Assembly (NCBI GenBank): GCA_964431915.1
Contig: CAYSLI010000001.1
Coordinates: forward strand, 111,240 to 175,239
DNA: 64,000 nt
From: an uncultured Candidatus Saccharibacteria bacterium
GTDB lineage: Bacteria > Patescibacteriota > Minisyncoccia > Minisyncoccales > CAZKCU01
Reading direction: 5' to 3'
Under the pieces are notes generated by a model, which worked only from the letters and a program-made list of their open reading frames with translations, was not told the origin of the DNA and did not search any database. A program made the translations under genes and the position numbers. This document shows, piece by piece, positions 1-9,332 of this stretch (positions are counted from its first letter, which is position 1; every line of letters starts with the position of its first letter).

Positions 1-1
1 T

Positions 2-457
2 AATCAAAATAGCTTAAAAAAAATTAAAGGAACTGTTGAAGAGTTTTTTAAAAAGATGACTTTTGAAGTAGAAATTAAAATTTTGCCCCAAGAAAATCAA
101 ACCATCCCCATAAATTTAAAAACTTCAGAGCCACAGATTTTAATTGGAGAAAGAGGCCAAACGTTAACTGAAATTCAGCATCTTTTAAAAACAATATTAA
201 AAAGACAAATTGAAGAACCTTTTTTTATTGACCTTGATATTTCAGATTATAAAAAGAAAAAAAGCGAATATTTAAAAGAGATGGCAAGAGATGCTGCTGA
301 TGAGGTAGCCCTGTCTAAAAAAGAAAAACAGCTTCCTTCAATGCCGGCTTATGAAAGAAGAATTATTCATTTGGAGTTAGTGGAAAGAAGTAATATTACC
401 ACAGAAAGCATTGGGCAAGAGCCAGAAAGAAGAGTAGTAATAAAACCATACCCCTAA
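2..457 (+). CDS. Jag-like RNA-binding protein (KH + R3H), possibly 5'-partial
   Basis: ORF track 56..457. It has a KH-like GxxG ('ILIGERGQTL') and an R3H-like 'YERRIIHLEL'. The same frame has no stop back to position 2, so the true start may lie upstream of the window. Confidence 0.65.
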   Translation, partial: NQNSLKKIKGTVEEFFKKMTFEVEIKILPQENQTIPINLKTSEPQILIGERGQTLTEIQHLLKTILKRQIEEPFFIDLDISDYKKKKSEYLKEMARDAADEVALSKKEKQLPSMPAYERRIIHLELVERSNITTESIGQEPERRVVIKPYP

Positions 458-475
458 GTTTTCGCTGGCACGAAT

Positions 476-511
476 AAAAACCGTCCAGAAGAAAAACCTG
501 GACGGTTTTTT
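476..511 (+). terminator. Rho-independent terminator
   Basis: Hairpin ccgtccag/ctggacgg (481-488 / 498-505) followed by a T-run, directly after the Jag-like stop. Confidence 0.7.
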
Positions 512-552
512 ATACTAAAAGACTTGAGAAGGTGAACTTTCTATGACCAGAG

Positions 553-1593
553 CTACCGAAGTGAACCTGAGGATGAAGAGAGGACTGGAATAATAGTATA
601 CTGGGTGGCGCAAGATTCCTGATTTGTCCACCATAGCCCAAAGACCTTATGAAGACCGCACTGGCTTATCGGATGGTCTTTAAGGTTAGGCCAATTTCCA
701 CGACCTTCAAAAATTGCGTAGTATGGTCCACCTTTCACTGGTCCTTCCCGTACGCCAAAAAGAATCAACAAGTAATTGCCAGTAATCTTTAATGACCAAA
801 CGCCTTCTATATGAGGAGGTTCTCCGGGTTTAGTTGCTCCAGAATGGGGTGTGCATCCTTTGAACTCTGGTTCTGAGCAGAGTATGACTTCACCATAAGT
901 TTTTTCAACTTCCTGAAAGACAGTCAGTGAAGCATCTCGTCCCTCGGGAACGTCCACCGTTTTTGATTTAGTGGCTCCCTTACTCCTCCAAACTTTAGCG
1001 TTTCCTTCTCTTCCGACATCTTGGTGTAAAATTGCCCCGTAAGAATATTTTACTGCTGATTTTTCTATCGGATTAACGAATTTAATTTTTTTAATTTTTC
1101 CCTTTAATTCTCCAAGGTCAGATTGAGAGGTTTTGAAAACTCCTAATATGTTTTCATTTTCATCAAGTAGGTAAACGCCTGGCTCGGTGTATTCAAGTTC
1201 TGGCCAAACGACTAGTTCCAAATTCAGCATTACTAATTGGGGATTAATAGTGGTTAAAATTAGATAAGAAGAAAGTAAAATAACAAGCCCGATAACGCCG
1301 GCAAAAATTTGATCTTTAGCCTCTGTCTGGGCAGTTGGAGCTCCGACTGAGGTTATATAACGAAACCCGCCGTAAATTAAGGCTCCAAAAACGACTAAAC
1401 CGGCAATGGCAACGCTGAAATTAAAAATATATTTTATATATTGGGGGAGAACGGCCTGCTCTACTGTTTCTGGTCGCCAGCCGCCAATTTCTGGATATTC
1501 GATTTCAAGTTTGGCAAGAGAAAAACTTGCCAGAAATAAGGCCAAAAAAGCAACCGAGAGAAAAATTAAAATGTTTTTTTTAAGATTTGGCAT
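553..1593 (-). CDS. Membrane protein with N-terminal T4SS-pilin-like 2-TM module and a large C-terminal domain
   Basis: 346-aa ORF with a signal/TM segment followed by '...YGGFRYITSVGAP...AKDQIFAGVIGLVILLSSYLILTTINPQL'. This module is paralogous to the N-terminus of ORF 2441..4069. Confidence 0.6.
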   Translation of the reverse strand: MPNLKKNILIFLSVAFLALFLASFSLAKLEIEYPEIGGWRPETVEQAVLPQYIKYIFNFSVAIAGLVVFGALIYGGFRYITSVGAPTAQTEAKDQIFAGVIGLVILLSSYLILTTINPQLVMLNLELVVWPELEYTEPGVYLLDENENILGVFKTSQSDLGELKGKIKKIKFVNPIEKSAVKYSYGAILHQDVGREGNAKVWRSKGATKSKTVDVPEGRDASLTVFQEVEKTYGEVILCSEPEFKGCTPHSGATKPGEPPHIEGVWSLKITGNYLLILFGVREGPVKGGPYYAIFEGRGNWPNLKDHPISQCGLHKVFGLWWTNQESCATQYTIIPVLSSSSGSLR

Positions 1594-1621
1594 AATTCAA
1601 GATTATATATCTTACAATTTT

Positions 1622-2434
1622 TTAGTGGCAACAGAACCAATTATGAAAACTGGTGCAAACGGGTATTTCTTTATCATTTACTTTTTCCATTGTTTTTGTG
1701 TATCGGGGAAGGCCTCGGTCCATAACTGTATCGCAGTTCCAAAGTATTTTCACGATCTTCTCTCCTCGAGCAACTTTTTCCCAATTAGCTGGAGAAATAT
1801 AGCATTTATCAAATTCTTCTCTTGATAGGTCTAATTTTCTTCTGATGGCTTCTTGTATTGTTATGCTTAGATTAGGATTAACTATACACTGGGCTTTTTC
1901 CAGAATAGTCCTGATATCTTCATTTTCTTTTATACAAAGAGGTTCTACACTTTCATAAATCAATTTATATAATTTATCTTTAGCTGCCTGAATTTCTTCA
2001 TTAAGACGAGTAATTTCTGCAAATAACTCTTCTATTTTTTCTCTTCCTGGACAGACATCGCCCTGACAAGATTTTGAAACGCAGGCAATAGTGATATCCT
2101 TTATAGTAACAGCTTCACATTTTGGGGTGCAATTATCCATACTGCATTTTTTAGCCAACCCTTCCATTTCTTTTTGGGCTTTAATAAGATAATAAGAATT
2201 TGTTTCAATTATTTCAAGCCCTCTTACTATTTCTTTTAACAATTCCCCGGTTTTCTCCATTGCCTCTCCAACTGGAATTTCCCGGCCACATTTTAATTTT
2301 TCATAATCTATTTCTTCTTCCTCTCCTTCAGCGGCTAATGTGTCTTTATTTTGATTATAAAAGAAATTTAAAAATAAGAAAATAGCAATAAATAAAAATA
2401 AGGAAAGGGTAATTTTTAGAAATAAATTTTTCAT
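1622..2434 (-). CDS. Secreted cysteine-containing coiled-coil protein, unknown function
   Basis: 270-aa ORF with an N-terminal hydrophobic signal and many Cys. It is co-oriented within the T4SS-like cluster. Confidence 0.5.
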   Translation of the reverse strand: MKNLFLKITLSLFLFIAIFLFLNFFYNQNKDTLAAEGEEEEIDYEKLKCGREIPVGEAMEKTGELLKEIVRGLEIIETNSYYLIKAQKEMEGLAKKCSMDNCTPKCEAVTIKDITIACVSKSCQGDVCPGREKIEELFAEITRLNEEIQAAKDKLYKLIYESVEPLCIKENEDIRTILEKAQCIVNPNLSITIQEAIRRKLDLSREEFDKCYISPANWEKVARGEKIVKILWNCDTVMDRGLPRYTKTMEKVNDKEIPVCTSFHNWFCCH

Positions 2435-2440
2435 ACTTTA

Positions 2441-4069
2441 TTATTTCGGATACCCGGGAAAATAACCCGTCGTATTATTATAACAATCTTCTTTTATTGA
2501 TGGTTCTGATGGTAAAAAATCTTTAGGATCTAAAGGCTTAGTGTTTTTGTAGTCGCTGAAATTTTCTGCTGATGAGCCGTTTCGAACTTCGAAATGAAGA
2601 TGAGAACCGGTACTATAACCGGTGCTACCGCTTGTAGCAATTATTTGGCCAGCTACTACCCTATCTCCTCGTTTGACAGAGTATCCATTTAAATGGGCAT
2701 ATAAAGTTGAAAGTTCGAGCTTTTCGTGTGTGATAATTATAACGTTACCATAGCCTCCATTATAACCTCCGATCTGCCCAGCGAAAATTACTGTTCCATC
2801 AGCAACCGCATAAACTGGTGTACCAATAGGGGTTGAAAAGTCAAGACCTAGGTGAGGTCTTTCACACGCCCCCCCAACTGGCCGACATGCCCCAAAATCA
2901 CTTGAGCAGCTGAGGCGAGCCAGAGGTAGTGGCCAACCGAGTTTGCCGGGCTCAGCTGGAGGGGATTCTGGCCAACCTCCAATGGGCTCAGGAGGAAAAC
3001 CAGCGTCTCCTCCCCAGCGAAGCACTGAGGCAAGATAGATTATATCTTCATTCCCTTCTTCATTAAAATAAAACGTAATTGGGCCTTTAACTATCCGACC
3101 ATCTATCTCAATATCAATATTTTCCCAATCAGGAGGGGCAGTAGTCTCAAGCTCCTGAAAATGCCTGATTGCTAATAAGGTGTTATAACTAATTACCCCT
3201 GAAGCTGAACTCATTAAAAGTCCGGCTGCTTCTAATTGAAAAAGGTCATTAAGCAAGGAAATTTTGGCATTTGGTATTTCTTTTATTTCTTTTTCTAAAT
3301 TGGCAATTACCTGAGGCGTTTTTCCTATCGCGGTCTTTATTTGAAACTGATTATCTTTTCCCTTACATCCGGTTGCTGAACAACTGCGGCTACATTTTGA
3401 AGCACCACAGTCTGTTTCTGCGACCAAAGAATATATTTCTTCACTTAAAGCGTATAACTCATTTGCCGATTCTGCTGCTGCTTCCGCTGTTTGATAAGCA
3501 TAATCTAATTTTTCCTGTGCTTCCTTATTCAAGGCCGCATTCTCAATAATTATTCCGGTTGGAACCTGGAAATATGTTGGCACTTTCTCTTCAGCTAGTG
3601 GGGGAGGTTCTATTTCTGGAAAAGCAACTTTCTCTAATCCCGGAAGCCGAAAAATTGCCAGCTGGGGGTTGATAGTAGCTAAAATTAAATAAGAAGAAAG
3701 TAGAATAACCAGTCCTAAAATCCCTCCGGTAATTTGCTCTTTAGCAGAAATCATTTTAACCGGGGCGCCAGCTGAAATTAGATAAAGAAGACCTCCATAA
3801 ACTATTACCCCAAGAGCCAGCAAACCTGCAATCATTAGGGATAGGTAATAGAAATACTTTATATAGAGAGGAAGAGCCTGCTCTCCGGGGATTTCTCCTT
3901 TTTGAATTTTTTCAAGAAGAACCTGGGGAGAATCAACTCCAGGAAAGGGAAGAGAAGGATAATTTATTTCTGGAGGCCGAGGCTCAATTGCCAAAGTAAA
4001 ATTAGCCCAAAAGATAAAAAAAACAAAAAAAAGAAAAAAGAAGAAAAATTTTTGTTTTTTATTTCGCAT
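2441..4069 (-). CDS. T4SS-pilin-like N-terminal module fused to a C-terminal M23 (LytM-type) peptidase
   Basis: 542-aa ORF. The N-terminus carries 'YGGLLYLISAGAP...LSSYLILATINPQL'. The C-terminus carries 'HLGLDFSTPIGTPVYAVADGTV...YAHL...GSTGYSTGSHLHFEV', which matches the M23 HxxxD / HxH motifs. Confidence 0.8.
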   Translation of the reverse strand: MRNKKQKFFFFFLFFVFFIFWANFTLAIEPRPPEINYPSLPFPGVDSPQVLLEKIQKGEIPGEQALPLYIKYFYYLSLMIAGLLALGVIVYGGLLYLISAGAPVKMISAKEQITGGILGLVILLSSYLILATINPQLAIFRLPGLEKVAFPEIEPPPLAEEKVPTYFQVPTGIIIENAALNKEAQEKLDYAYQTAEAAAESANELYALSEEIYSLVAETDCGASKCSRSCSATGCKGKDNQFQIKTAIGKTPQVIANLEKEIKEIPNAKISLLNDLFQLEAAGLLMSSASGVISYNTLLAIRHFQELETTAPPDWENIDIEIDGRIVKGPITFYFNEEGNEDIIYLASVLRWGGDAGFPPEPIGGWPESPPAEPGKLGWPLPLARLSCSSDFGACRPVGGACERPHLGLDFSTPIGTPVYAVADGTVIFAGQIGGYNGGYGNVIIITHEKLELSTLYAHLNGYSVKRGDRVVAGQIIATSGSTGYSTGSHLHFEVRNGSSAENFSDYKNTKPLDPKDFLPSEPSIKEDCYNNTTGYFPGYPK

Positions 4070-4086
4070 AATTTAATCTAAATTTT

Positions 4087-4578
4087 TTATTCCTTACTTG
4101 TTGTTAACTCGGACCAGACCATCCAGGTCCAGAAAGGAAGGCCGCCAATTACAGGTAATATTTCTCCTATCACCGAAATGGCAAATTTTAATCCTCTTCT
4201 CCCTGCTATTTTCCCCATTCTTCTGAATGCTTTTACTGCTCCTTTTTTTACTTCGCGCCTTTCAATTACCTTTTCTTTCAGTCCTTCTATCTCAGCCATG
4301 CTTTGGGACCTGATTAAAATCCAGATTCCAAAAAAAATAAGCCCTATTACATCAGATATCCAGGAAGGAATTTCCCCAATTCCATAAGCAATGTCAAGGA
4401 CAAGAAAAATTACCCCGGCAATATCCAAAAGTATTGCAAAGGGTAACATTATAATTCCTTCGGGGCTCAAAAGGGCTCCTGTTTTTTTTGTCGCTTGTTC
4501 TAAAACTTTAAATTCTCCCGAAACCTCTTCTTCGGGAGCTTCCAGAGCTCCCTCCTCATTTATTTCGTATTCATTCAT
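4087..4578 (-). CDS. Small polytopic membrane protein, T4SS-locus associated
   Basis: 163-aa ORF with several hydrophobic helices, tightly packed between the M23 fusion gene and the VirB4-like gene. Confidence 0.45.
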   Translation of the reverse strand: MNEYEINEEGALEAPEEEVSGEFKVLEQATKKTGALLSPEGIIMLPFAILLDIAGVIFLVLDIAYGIGEIPSWISDVIGLIFFGIWILIRSQSMAEIEGLKEKVIERREVKKGAVKAFRRMGKIAGRRGLKFAISVIGEILPVIGGLPFWTWMVWSELTTSKE

Positions 4579-4595
4579 AATTTATTACATTTTCC

Positions 4596-6401
4596 TTATA
4601 ATTTTTCTTGAACTAATCTTTTTTTGGCTTCTTTTATTCTTAATACTTCTCCTGGAGCAGTGGTGATTAATTGGTCTTCAGAATAAGAGGCGACCACTCT
4701 AATTGCCACATGCTTTTGGCCGGCAAAAAAGACTCCCTCTCCAACTGCTGCCTCAAGCAACCTGAGTTTTTCCTCCTCGGTTAGGTTAAAAACCTTTTGA
4801 ATAGAATCAATCACTGCCGGAGGCTGTTTCATTAAAAGTTTCAAAGAGGAATTGTTAATAATTGGCTGGCCATAGTCAGACTTCATAAAATCAGAAACAT
4901 CTTGGGTAATGGTGGTTACCCCTAACCAATATTTTCTGGCTCTTTTGACAAGGCCATATAAGAAAGAAGCTCCATCTTCGGTCTGCATTAACCACCAGGC
5001 CTCATCAACAACTAAAATTCTTTTTTTCAACTCAGACTTGACTTTATTCCAGATATATCTCATAATTATAAACATAGCCATTGGCCTCAATTCTTCTTCC
5101 ATATCTCGAATTCCAAAAACAACAAATTTATTTTCCATTGAAATGTTTGAATAATTGTTAAAGAAGTTAGCATAGGTTCCTTTAGTGAATTTTCTTAGTC
5201 TTCTAACCAAACCTTCAGCTCCCTCCATAGTTTCTAAAACCTGCTCTAAATCCGACATCAAAGGAGGAGTAATTTTTGAAAAATCAGATTCCGGGGTAAT
5301 GTCTTTTGCGGCATAAGTTTCAGTCAGGGCCCGGTCCACAATTGCGTCTTCTTCCGGACTTAAACCTCCTAACATAATCCTTAATAAACCAACTAAATTC
5401 ATAATGTTTGACCTTAAGACATCGGCTGGTCTCTCATCTTCTCTTGGGATTGGCAAATCAAAAGGATTAATTCTGTCTGTTGAGGCAAGGGAAATATTAA
5501 AGAAAGAACCGCCGATAGCATCAGACAAAAACTTATATTCGTTTTCTGGGTCTAGAATTATAGCATCAATGTTTTGCATCAAAGAACGTAAAACCTCCAA
5601 CTTCACAAAAAATGACTTACCTGAGCCGGCTACTCCGAAAAAAACTTCATTGTAATTTTCCAAAGAAAATCTATCAAACAAAATTAGGGAATTATTGTGT
5701 TGGTTGATTCCGTATAAAATCCCTTCATTAGAGCTCAGGTCAAAAGAAATAAAGGGAAAGGAACTGGATAGGGGTTCAGTGTTCATTGGGGTATGAACTT
5801 GGAGCAAATCCAGACCATAAGGGGAGGTAGAAATAAAACCTTCCCTTTGTTGGAAGAGAGCCGGTTTTATATAGACTAATCTCCCTTCCAGAATTGACCT
5901 CAAAATAGTTTCAGTTTCTCTTAATTCTTTTTGGGTATCGCCATAAATAGTGAGATATAAGCCGAATCTAAACATTCTTTCCTGGGCAGACTGGAACTTG
6001 TCTCTTAAAGATTCTAAATCCCGGTAGGCAATTTCCAAGGATGGATCGCGAATTAATCCTTTTTCTTCTCTTTCCATAGTTTCGGACTGAACTTCAGTTA
6101 TCTTTTTCCTCAGTCGCTTTAAAATCTTACTTATATCAACCGGGTGGATGAAAAAAGAAATATCCATTGGAGTATCCAGATTAATAATCGGAGAAAACCA
6201 GTCTGTGCTTAGATATCTGGGATAGGAAAAAATAAAAAAAGATTTAGCCAGTTTTTCTCCAAGTTTGAGATAATTTTGAGATACTTCAATAGAGGCCGGA
6301 GCAATAATATCTTTGATTCCAACTGCCTCGGCTTCAAAAATCTTCTCTTGGGTTTCAGGTTTCTTTCTTAGAAATTTTTTGAAAAAATTTATCATTAACA
6401 T
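4596..6401 (-). CDS. VirB4/TrbE-like type IV secretion ATPase
   Basis: 601-aa ORF. It has Walker A 'GVAGSGKSFF', Walker B 'ILVVDEAWWLM', and a Gram-positive VirB4-like N-terminal pattern 'IAPASIEV...YLKLGEKLAKSFFIFSYPRYL'. Confidence 0.8.
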   Translation of the reverse strand: MLMINFFKKFLRKKPETQEKIFEAEAVGIKDIIAPASIEVSQNYLKLGEKLAKSFFIFSYPRYLSTDWFSPIINLDTPMDISFFIHPVDISKILKRLRKKITEVQSETMEREEKGLIRDPSLEIAYRDLESLRDKFQSAQERMFRFGLYLTIYGDTQKELRETETILRSILEGRLVYIKPALFQQREGFISTSPYGLDLLQVHTPMNTEPLSSSFPFISFDLSSNEGILYGINQHNNSLILFDRFSLENYNEVFFGVAGSGKSFFVKLEVLRSLMQNIDAIILDPENEYKFLSDAIGGSFFNISLASTDRINPFDLPIPREDERPADVLRSNIMNLVGLLRIMLGGLSPEEDAIVDRALTETYAAKDITPESDFSKITPPLMSDLEQVLETMEGAEGLVRRLRKFTKGTYANFFNNYSNISMENKFVVFGIRDMEEELRPMAMFIIMRYIWNKVKSELKKRILVVDEAWWLMQTEDGASFLYGLVKRARKYWLGVTTITQDVSDFMKSDYGQPIINNSSLKLLMKQPPAVIDSIQKVFNLTEEEKLRLLEAAVGEGVFFAGQKHVAIRVVASYSEDQLITTAPGEVLRIKEAKKRLVQEKL

Positions 6402-6410
6402 TAATAAAAT

Positions 6411-7055
6411 TTAAATAACTAATTCTCCGGGAAGCTCAGGGTAGTAACCAACTTCAGCTTCTTTAGGATGATGTAAACCCCAGAAAAGTTCAATAAGTTC
6501 AGGAGTGGTCAGGGGAACAGCCTGAAGACCGCATCTTCTTAAACCTAAAGCAACAAACTCCATTCTCTGCCAGAGTTGGCTTTTGCATCTTTGGAAGCCT
6601 TCCTTGGTTAGGGTAGGAATTTGGGGCATTTTTAATAATTTTTTTCCTTTAGCGGCAAGTCCCTGAGATTCAAAAAGGGTATATGGGACGACAACAAAGA
6701 AATTTTTTGTCAAAATAGCTCCTGTTTCCACTAAATGTTGTATAAACTCGTGATATTCAGCAGTTTGCATTTTCAAAAGTTCATTTTCTTGAGTTCTCTC
6801 TAACTCTTTTAATTTTTCAAGGTAACCGGTAATATTAAGTTTTCGGGATTGGGCGACAATTTGGCAGGAAAAATCCAGAGAATTCAAAAAACTTTGAAAT
6901 TGATACAAAATAGCATTCTGTTCGTCCTCAGACTTTAAGGCAAAATTAAGAGAAGAAACCATCAAAACTCCTCTTAGGGCTTTATTCTTTAAGATAAGAA
7001 CGCCTTTCCTAATTTGGTCAATTTCTAAAAATTGTTGGGTTGTTGGCTGTGCCAT
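6411..7055 (-). CDS. T4SS-associated protein, possibly a detached VirB4 N-terminal-like domain
   Basis: 214-aa ORF 9 nt upstream of the VirB4-like gene. The pattern 'LEIDQIRKGVLILKN...GVLMVSSLNFALKSEDEQNAI' resembles N-terminal regions of conjugative ATPases. This is from memory and was not searched. Confidence 0.4.
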   Translation of the reverse strand: MAQPTTQQFLEIDQIRKGVLILKNKALRGVLMVSSLNFALKSEDEQNAILYQFQSFLNSLDFSCQIVAQSRKLNITGYLEKLKELERTQENELLKMQTAEYHEFIQHLVETGAILTKNFFVVVPYTLFESQGLAAKGKKLLKMPQIPTLTKEGFQRCKSQLWQRMEFVALGLRRCGLQAVPLTTPELIELFWGLHHPKEAEVGYYPELPGELVI

Positions 7056-7059
7056 AATA

Positions 7060-7479
7060 TCATCTTATTCTCATTTCAATTTGAGTTGATAACTTCTTTA
7101 GTTTGCTTTTTTCGGCAAGTTTTAAGGTTGGCTCTTCTGAGGGCTCTTCTTTTTTGACCTTTTTTTCTTTTTTGATAATTTTTGGAGAAATTGCTTTCTT
7201 TTTCCAGAGATAAATTTTTGAAGAAAAAGAGAAATTCAAAAATTTTAGCAAAATACTTAAAAGAGGCTGACCGCCAATTTTTAAAAAGGCAAAAGCTAAA
7301 GCCCCAATTACTAAAAATATGGTAATTAAGGCGAAAGCTAAAGGACTTTTTGCTGCTAAATAGAAATAAAGGAAAAACAAAACTACTCCGGCTGCCCCTA
7401 AATAAAGAAACTGCTTGAAAGTTAAAGGGCCCACTATTTTTGCCTCCTTTTCAATAAATTGAGGAACTTGAAACCGCAT
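7060..7479 (-). CDS. PrgI/VirB3-like small membrane protein
   Basis: Internal ATG at 7479 gives 'MRFQVPQFIEKEAKIVGPLTFKQFLYLGAAG...' followed by TM helices and a K-rich tail. The longer ORF-track start (7629) would run through a consensus plus-strand promoter. Confidence 0.55.
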   Translation of the reverse strand: MRFQVPQFIEKEAKIVGPLTFKQFLYLGAAGVVLFFLYFYLAAKSPLAFALITIFLVIGALAFAFLKIGGQPLLSILLKFLNFSFSSKIYLWKKKAISPKIIKKEKKVKKEEPSEEPTLKLAEKSKLKKLSTQIEMRIR

Positions 7480-7541
7480 TTTTTTATAGAACCTATAAGC
7501 TACTTTTAATTCTACCACAAATAAAAAAAGCAACAAAGGGT

Positions 7542-7570
7542 TTGACAAAATTTTGGAGTGGTGATATAAT
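7542..7570 (+). promoter_or_regulatory. Consensus sigma70-type promoter with extended -10
   Basis: TTGACA (7542-7547), a 17-nt spacer, then TATAAT (7565-7570) preceded by TGa. An AAGGAGGAGG Shine-Dalgarno sequence lies before the ATG at 7660. Confidence 0.7.
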
Positions 7571-7659
7571 GTAGAAGCTAAGGAAAGAAGAAAAGGATTT
7601 CCTTGGCTTCTGGGTAATCCCAGAAACATTTAAAATTAAATAAGGAGGAGGTAAAAAAA

Positions 7660-8811
7660 ATGGCTGATAATGATGGTAAAGAAAAAAGGAAGGTATTCTC
7701 TTTTTTCGTTGTCGGATTATTGATAGTTGAAGAAAAGAAAAGAGTAGTCGTTGAAAGGTTCGGTGAATACTGTAGGACGCTTGATCCTGGCCTAAGGTTG
7801 ATACTTTTTCCTGGGATATTGGATCGTATCAAGGATGAGATTTTCATTGAACAAGAAACAATCCCACTTTTTCCAGAACCTATCAAAATTGACTTTAAAG
7901 ACGGATCAGCAACACCAAAGAATGTCAGAGCGTATATTGAAATTGACAGGCCAGATGATCCATATCTAACTAAGAAGGAAGCGAAGGAAAAAGCTGAGAA
8001 GAAAAAAGCTGAGAAGGAAAAAGAGATAACCGATAAAGAAAGAAAAAAGAGAGAAAAGAAAGAAAGAAAAAAAAGAGGAATTGGAGGAAGAACCGGGGTT
8101 TTTCGAGCGGTCTATCACATTAGAAAACGGAAAGAAGCTATTCGAGATCGATTAGAAAATGCAGTCAGAAGCTATTTAAATAAGCTTACCATCCAAGAGG
8201 GTATAGAAATGGCTCGAGGAGGTTATGACTTATTAGGGCCTAATGGAATCTCGAAAAAAGAAACCAACCGACTTAAAGGTGTTTTTGAAGATTGGGGAAC
8301 AATAGTTCATGCAATTACGATTGGTGATTTTGATTTAGAGCCGGATTTGGTGAGAGCAAGAGGAGAGCTGCATAAAAGACTAAAAGAAAGAGAGGCGGCT
8401 AAAGATGTAGCAAAAAGAAGGGCAAAAGAAACTGTAGGAGTATTAATTGAAATGATAACTGAGCAAACAGGAATATCTCAGGTATATCTTCAAAAAATGC
8501 TCAAAGAGAATCCAAATGAATTTATTACCAAATACAAAGATTTACTAAAACAGAACTTAGATCTAATTCACAGAAGAATGGCAATTGATGGAGACAGTTT
8601 TGTTGATATTCGAGTAGATGGAGCTCAAGGAGTAGAAAAGATGCTTTTGAATCTTTTTGCCGCTAAGGAAAGAATGCCGATGGGAGGAAAAGAGCCGCCA
8701 GGACCGAAAAAAGAGGGGTCGAAAGAAGAAACCGAAGAAGAAAAAGATGAGAAGTTATTTGAAGACCTCGCCGAAAAGTCAAGGGCTCTGAAAAAGGTAA
8801 AAGCTCGATAA
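7660..8811 (+). CDS. SPFH/band-7-like protein with a K/E-rich insertion
   Basis: 383-aa ORF. The N-terminal TM segment is followed by 'VVERFGEYCRTLDPGLRLILFPGILDRI', typical of stomatin/HflKC-type SPFH domains. Confidence 0.55.
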   Translation: MADNDGKEKRKVFSFFVVGLLIVEEKKRVVVERFGEYCRTLDPGLRLILFPGILDRIKDEIFIEQETIPLFPEPIKIDFKDGSATPKNVRAYIEIDRPDDPYLTKKEAKEKAEKKKAEKEKEITDKERKKREKKERKKRGIGGRTGVFRAVYHIRKRKEAIRDRLENAVRSYLNKLTIQEGIEMARGGYDLLGPNGISKKETNRLKGVFEDWGTIVHAITIGDFDLEPDLVRARGELHKRLKEREAAKDVAKRRAKETVGVLIEMITEQTGISQVYLQKMLKENPNEFITKYKDLLKQNLDLIHRRMAIDGDSFVDIRVDGAQGVEKMLLNLFAAKERMPMGGKEPPGPKKEGSKEETEEEKDEKLFEDLAEKSRALKKVKAR

Positions 8812-8823
8812 AAAAGAAAATAA

Positions 8824-8857
8824 GAAAGAGGGTTGCCTCCAACCCTCTTTTTATTTT
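8824..8857. terminator. Bidirectional hairpin terminator
   Basis: Stem aagagggttg/caaccctctt flanked by A- and T-runs, located between convergent genes. Confidence 0.65.
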
Positions 8858-8865
8858 TAATCTCT

Positions 8866-9315
8866 CTATTCAATTGGTTCACGGTATGTGTCTGTTCGTT
8901 TTGGAGGAGCTGGTTTAGTTTCTTTTGTTTTTTTAGCAGATGGTATTTCTTTTTTTTCTCTAAAAGTTATTTGAACTAAACTAAGAACTTTCTCCTCCAG
9001 GTCTTTAGCTAACTTTTGAGTAGTTTCTTTCGAAATATTTAAACGTTCTTGAAGGGTGGCAATAAATACGTCTTCGTTTCTGATCTTACCTTGGCTAACT
9101 TCTTTGAGTATTTTAGCGATATGAGGTCCGGGAAGATTTTCCCATCTTTCTTGGAACCCTTTTCTTTCTTCAACTGTTTTTATTGGGCCAAAACTTTCAA
9201 ATAGTTCTTTTATTGTCTCTAATCTGTACTTTTCTAAGAGGGACTCGATGATATCAGGAGTGCCTTCTGGAAAAACTCTTTTATTATTTCGATTTAATTT
9301 ATTATGGTTTTCCAT
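8866..9315 (-). CDS. Hypothetical protein
   Basis: 149-aa ORF with no motif I recognise. Confidence 0.4.
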   Translation of the reverse strand: MENHNKLNRNNKRVFPEGTPDIIESLLEKYRLETIKELFESFGPIKTVEERKGFQERWENLPGPHIAKILKEVSQGKIRNEDVFIATLQERLNISKETTQKLAKDLEEKVLSLVQITFREKKEIPSAKKTKETKPAPPKRTDTYREPIE

Positions 9316-9332
9316 GGTTTAATTAGTTAATA

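Noticed and set aside
7578-7886. A 102-aa minus-strand ORF, together with the long version of ORF 7060..7629.
   Set aside because: They overlap a perfect plus-strand consensus promoter, the Shine-Dalgarno sequence and the 5' end of the SPFH-like gene. The shorter PrgI-like start at 7479 is more plausible.
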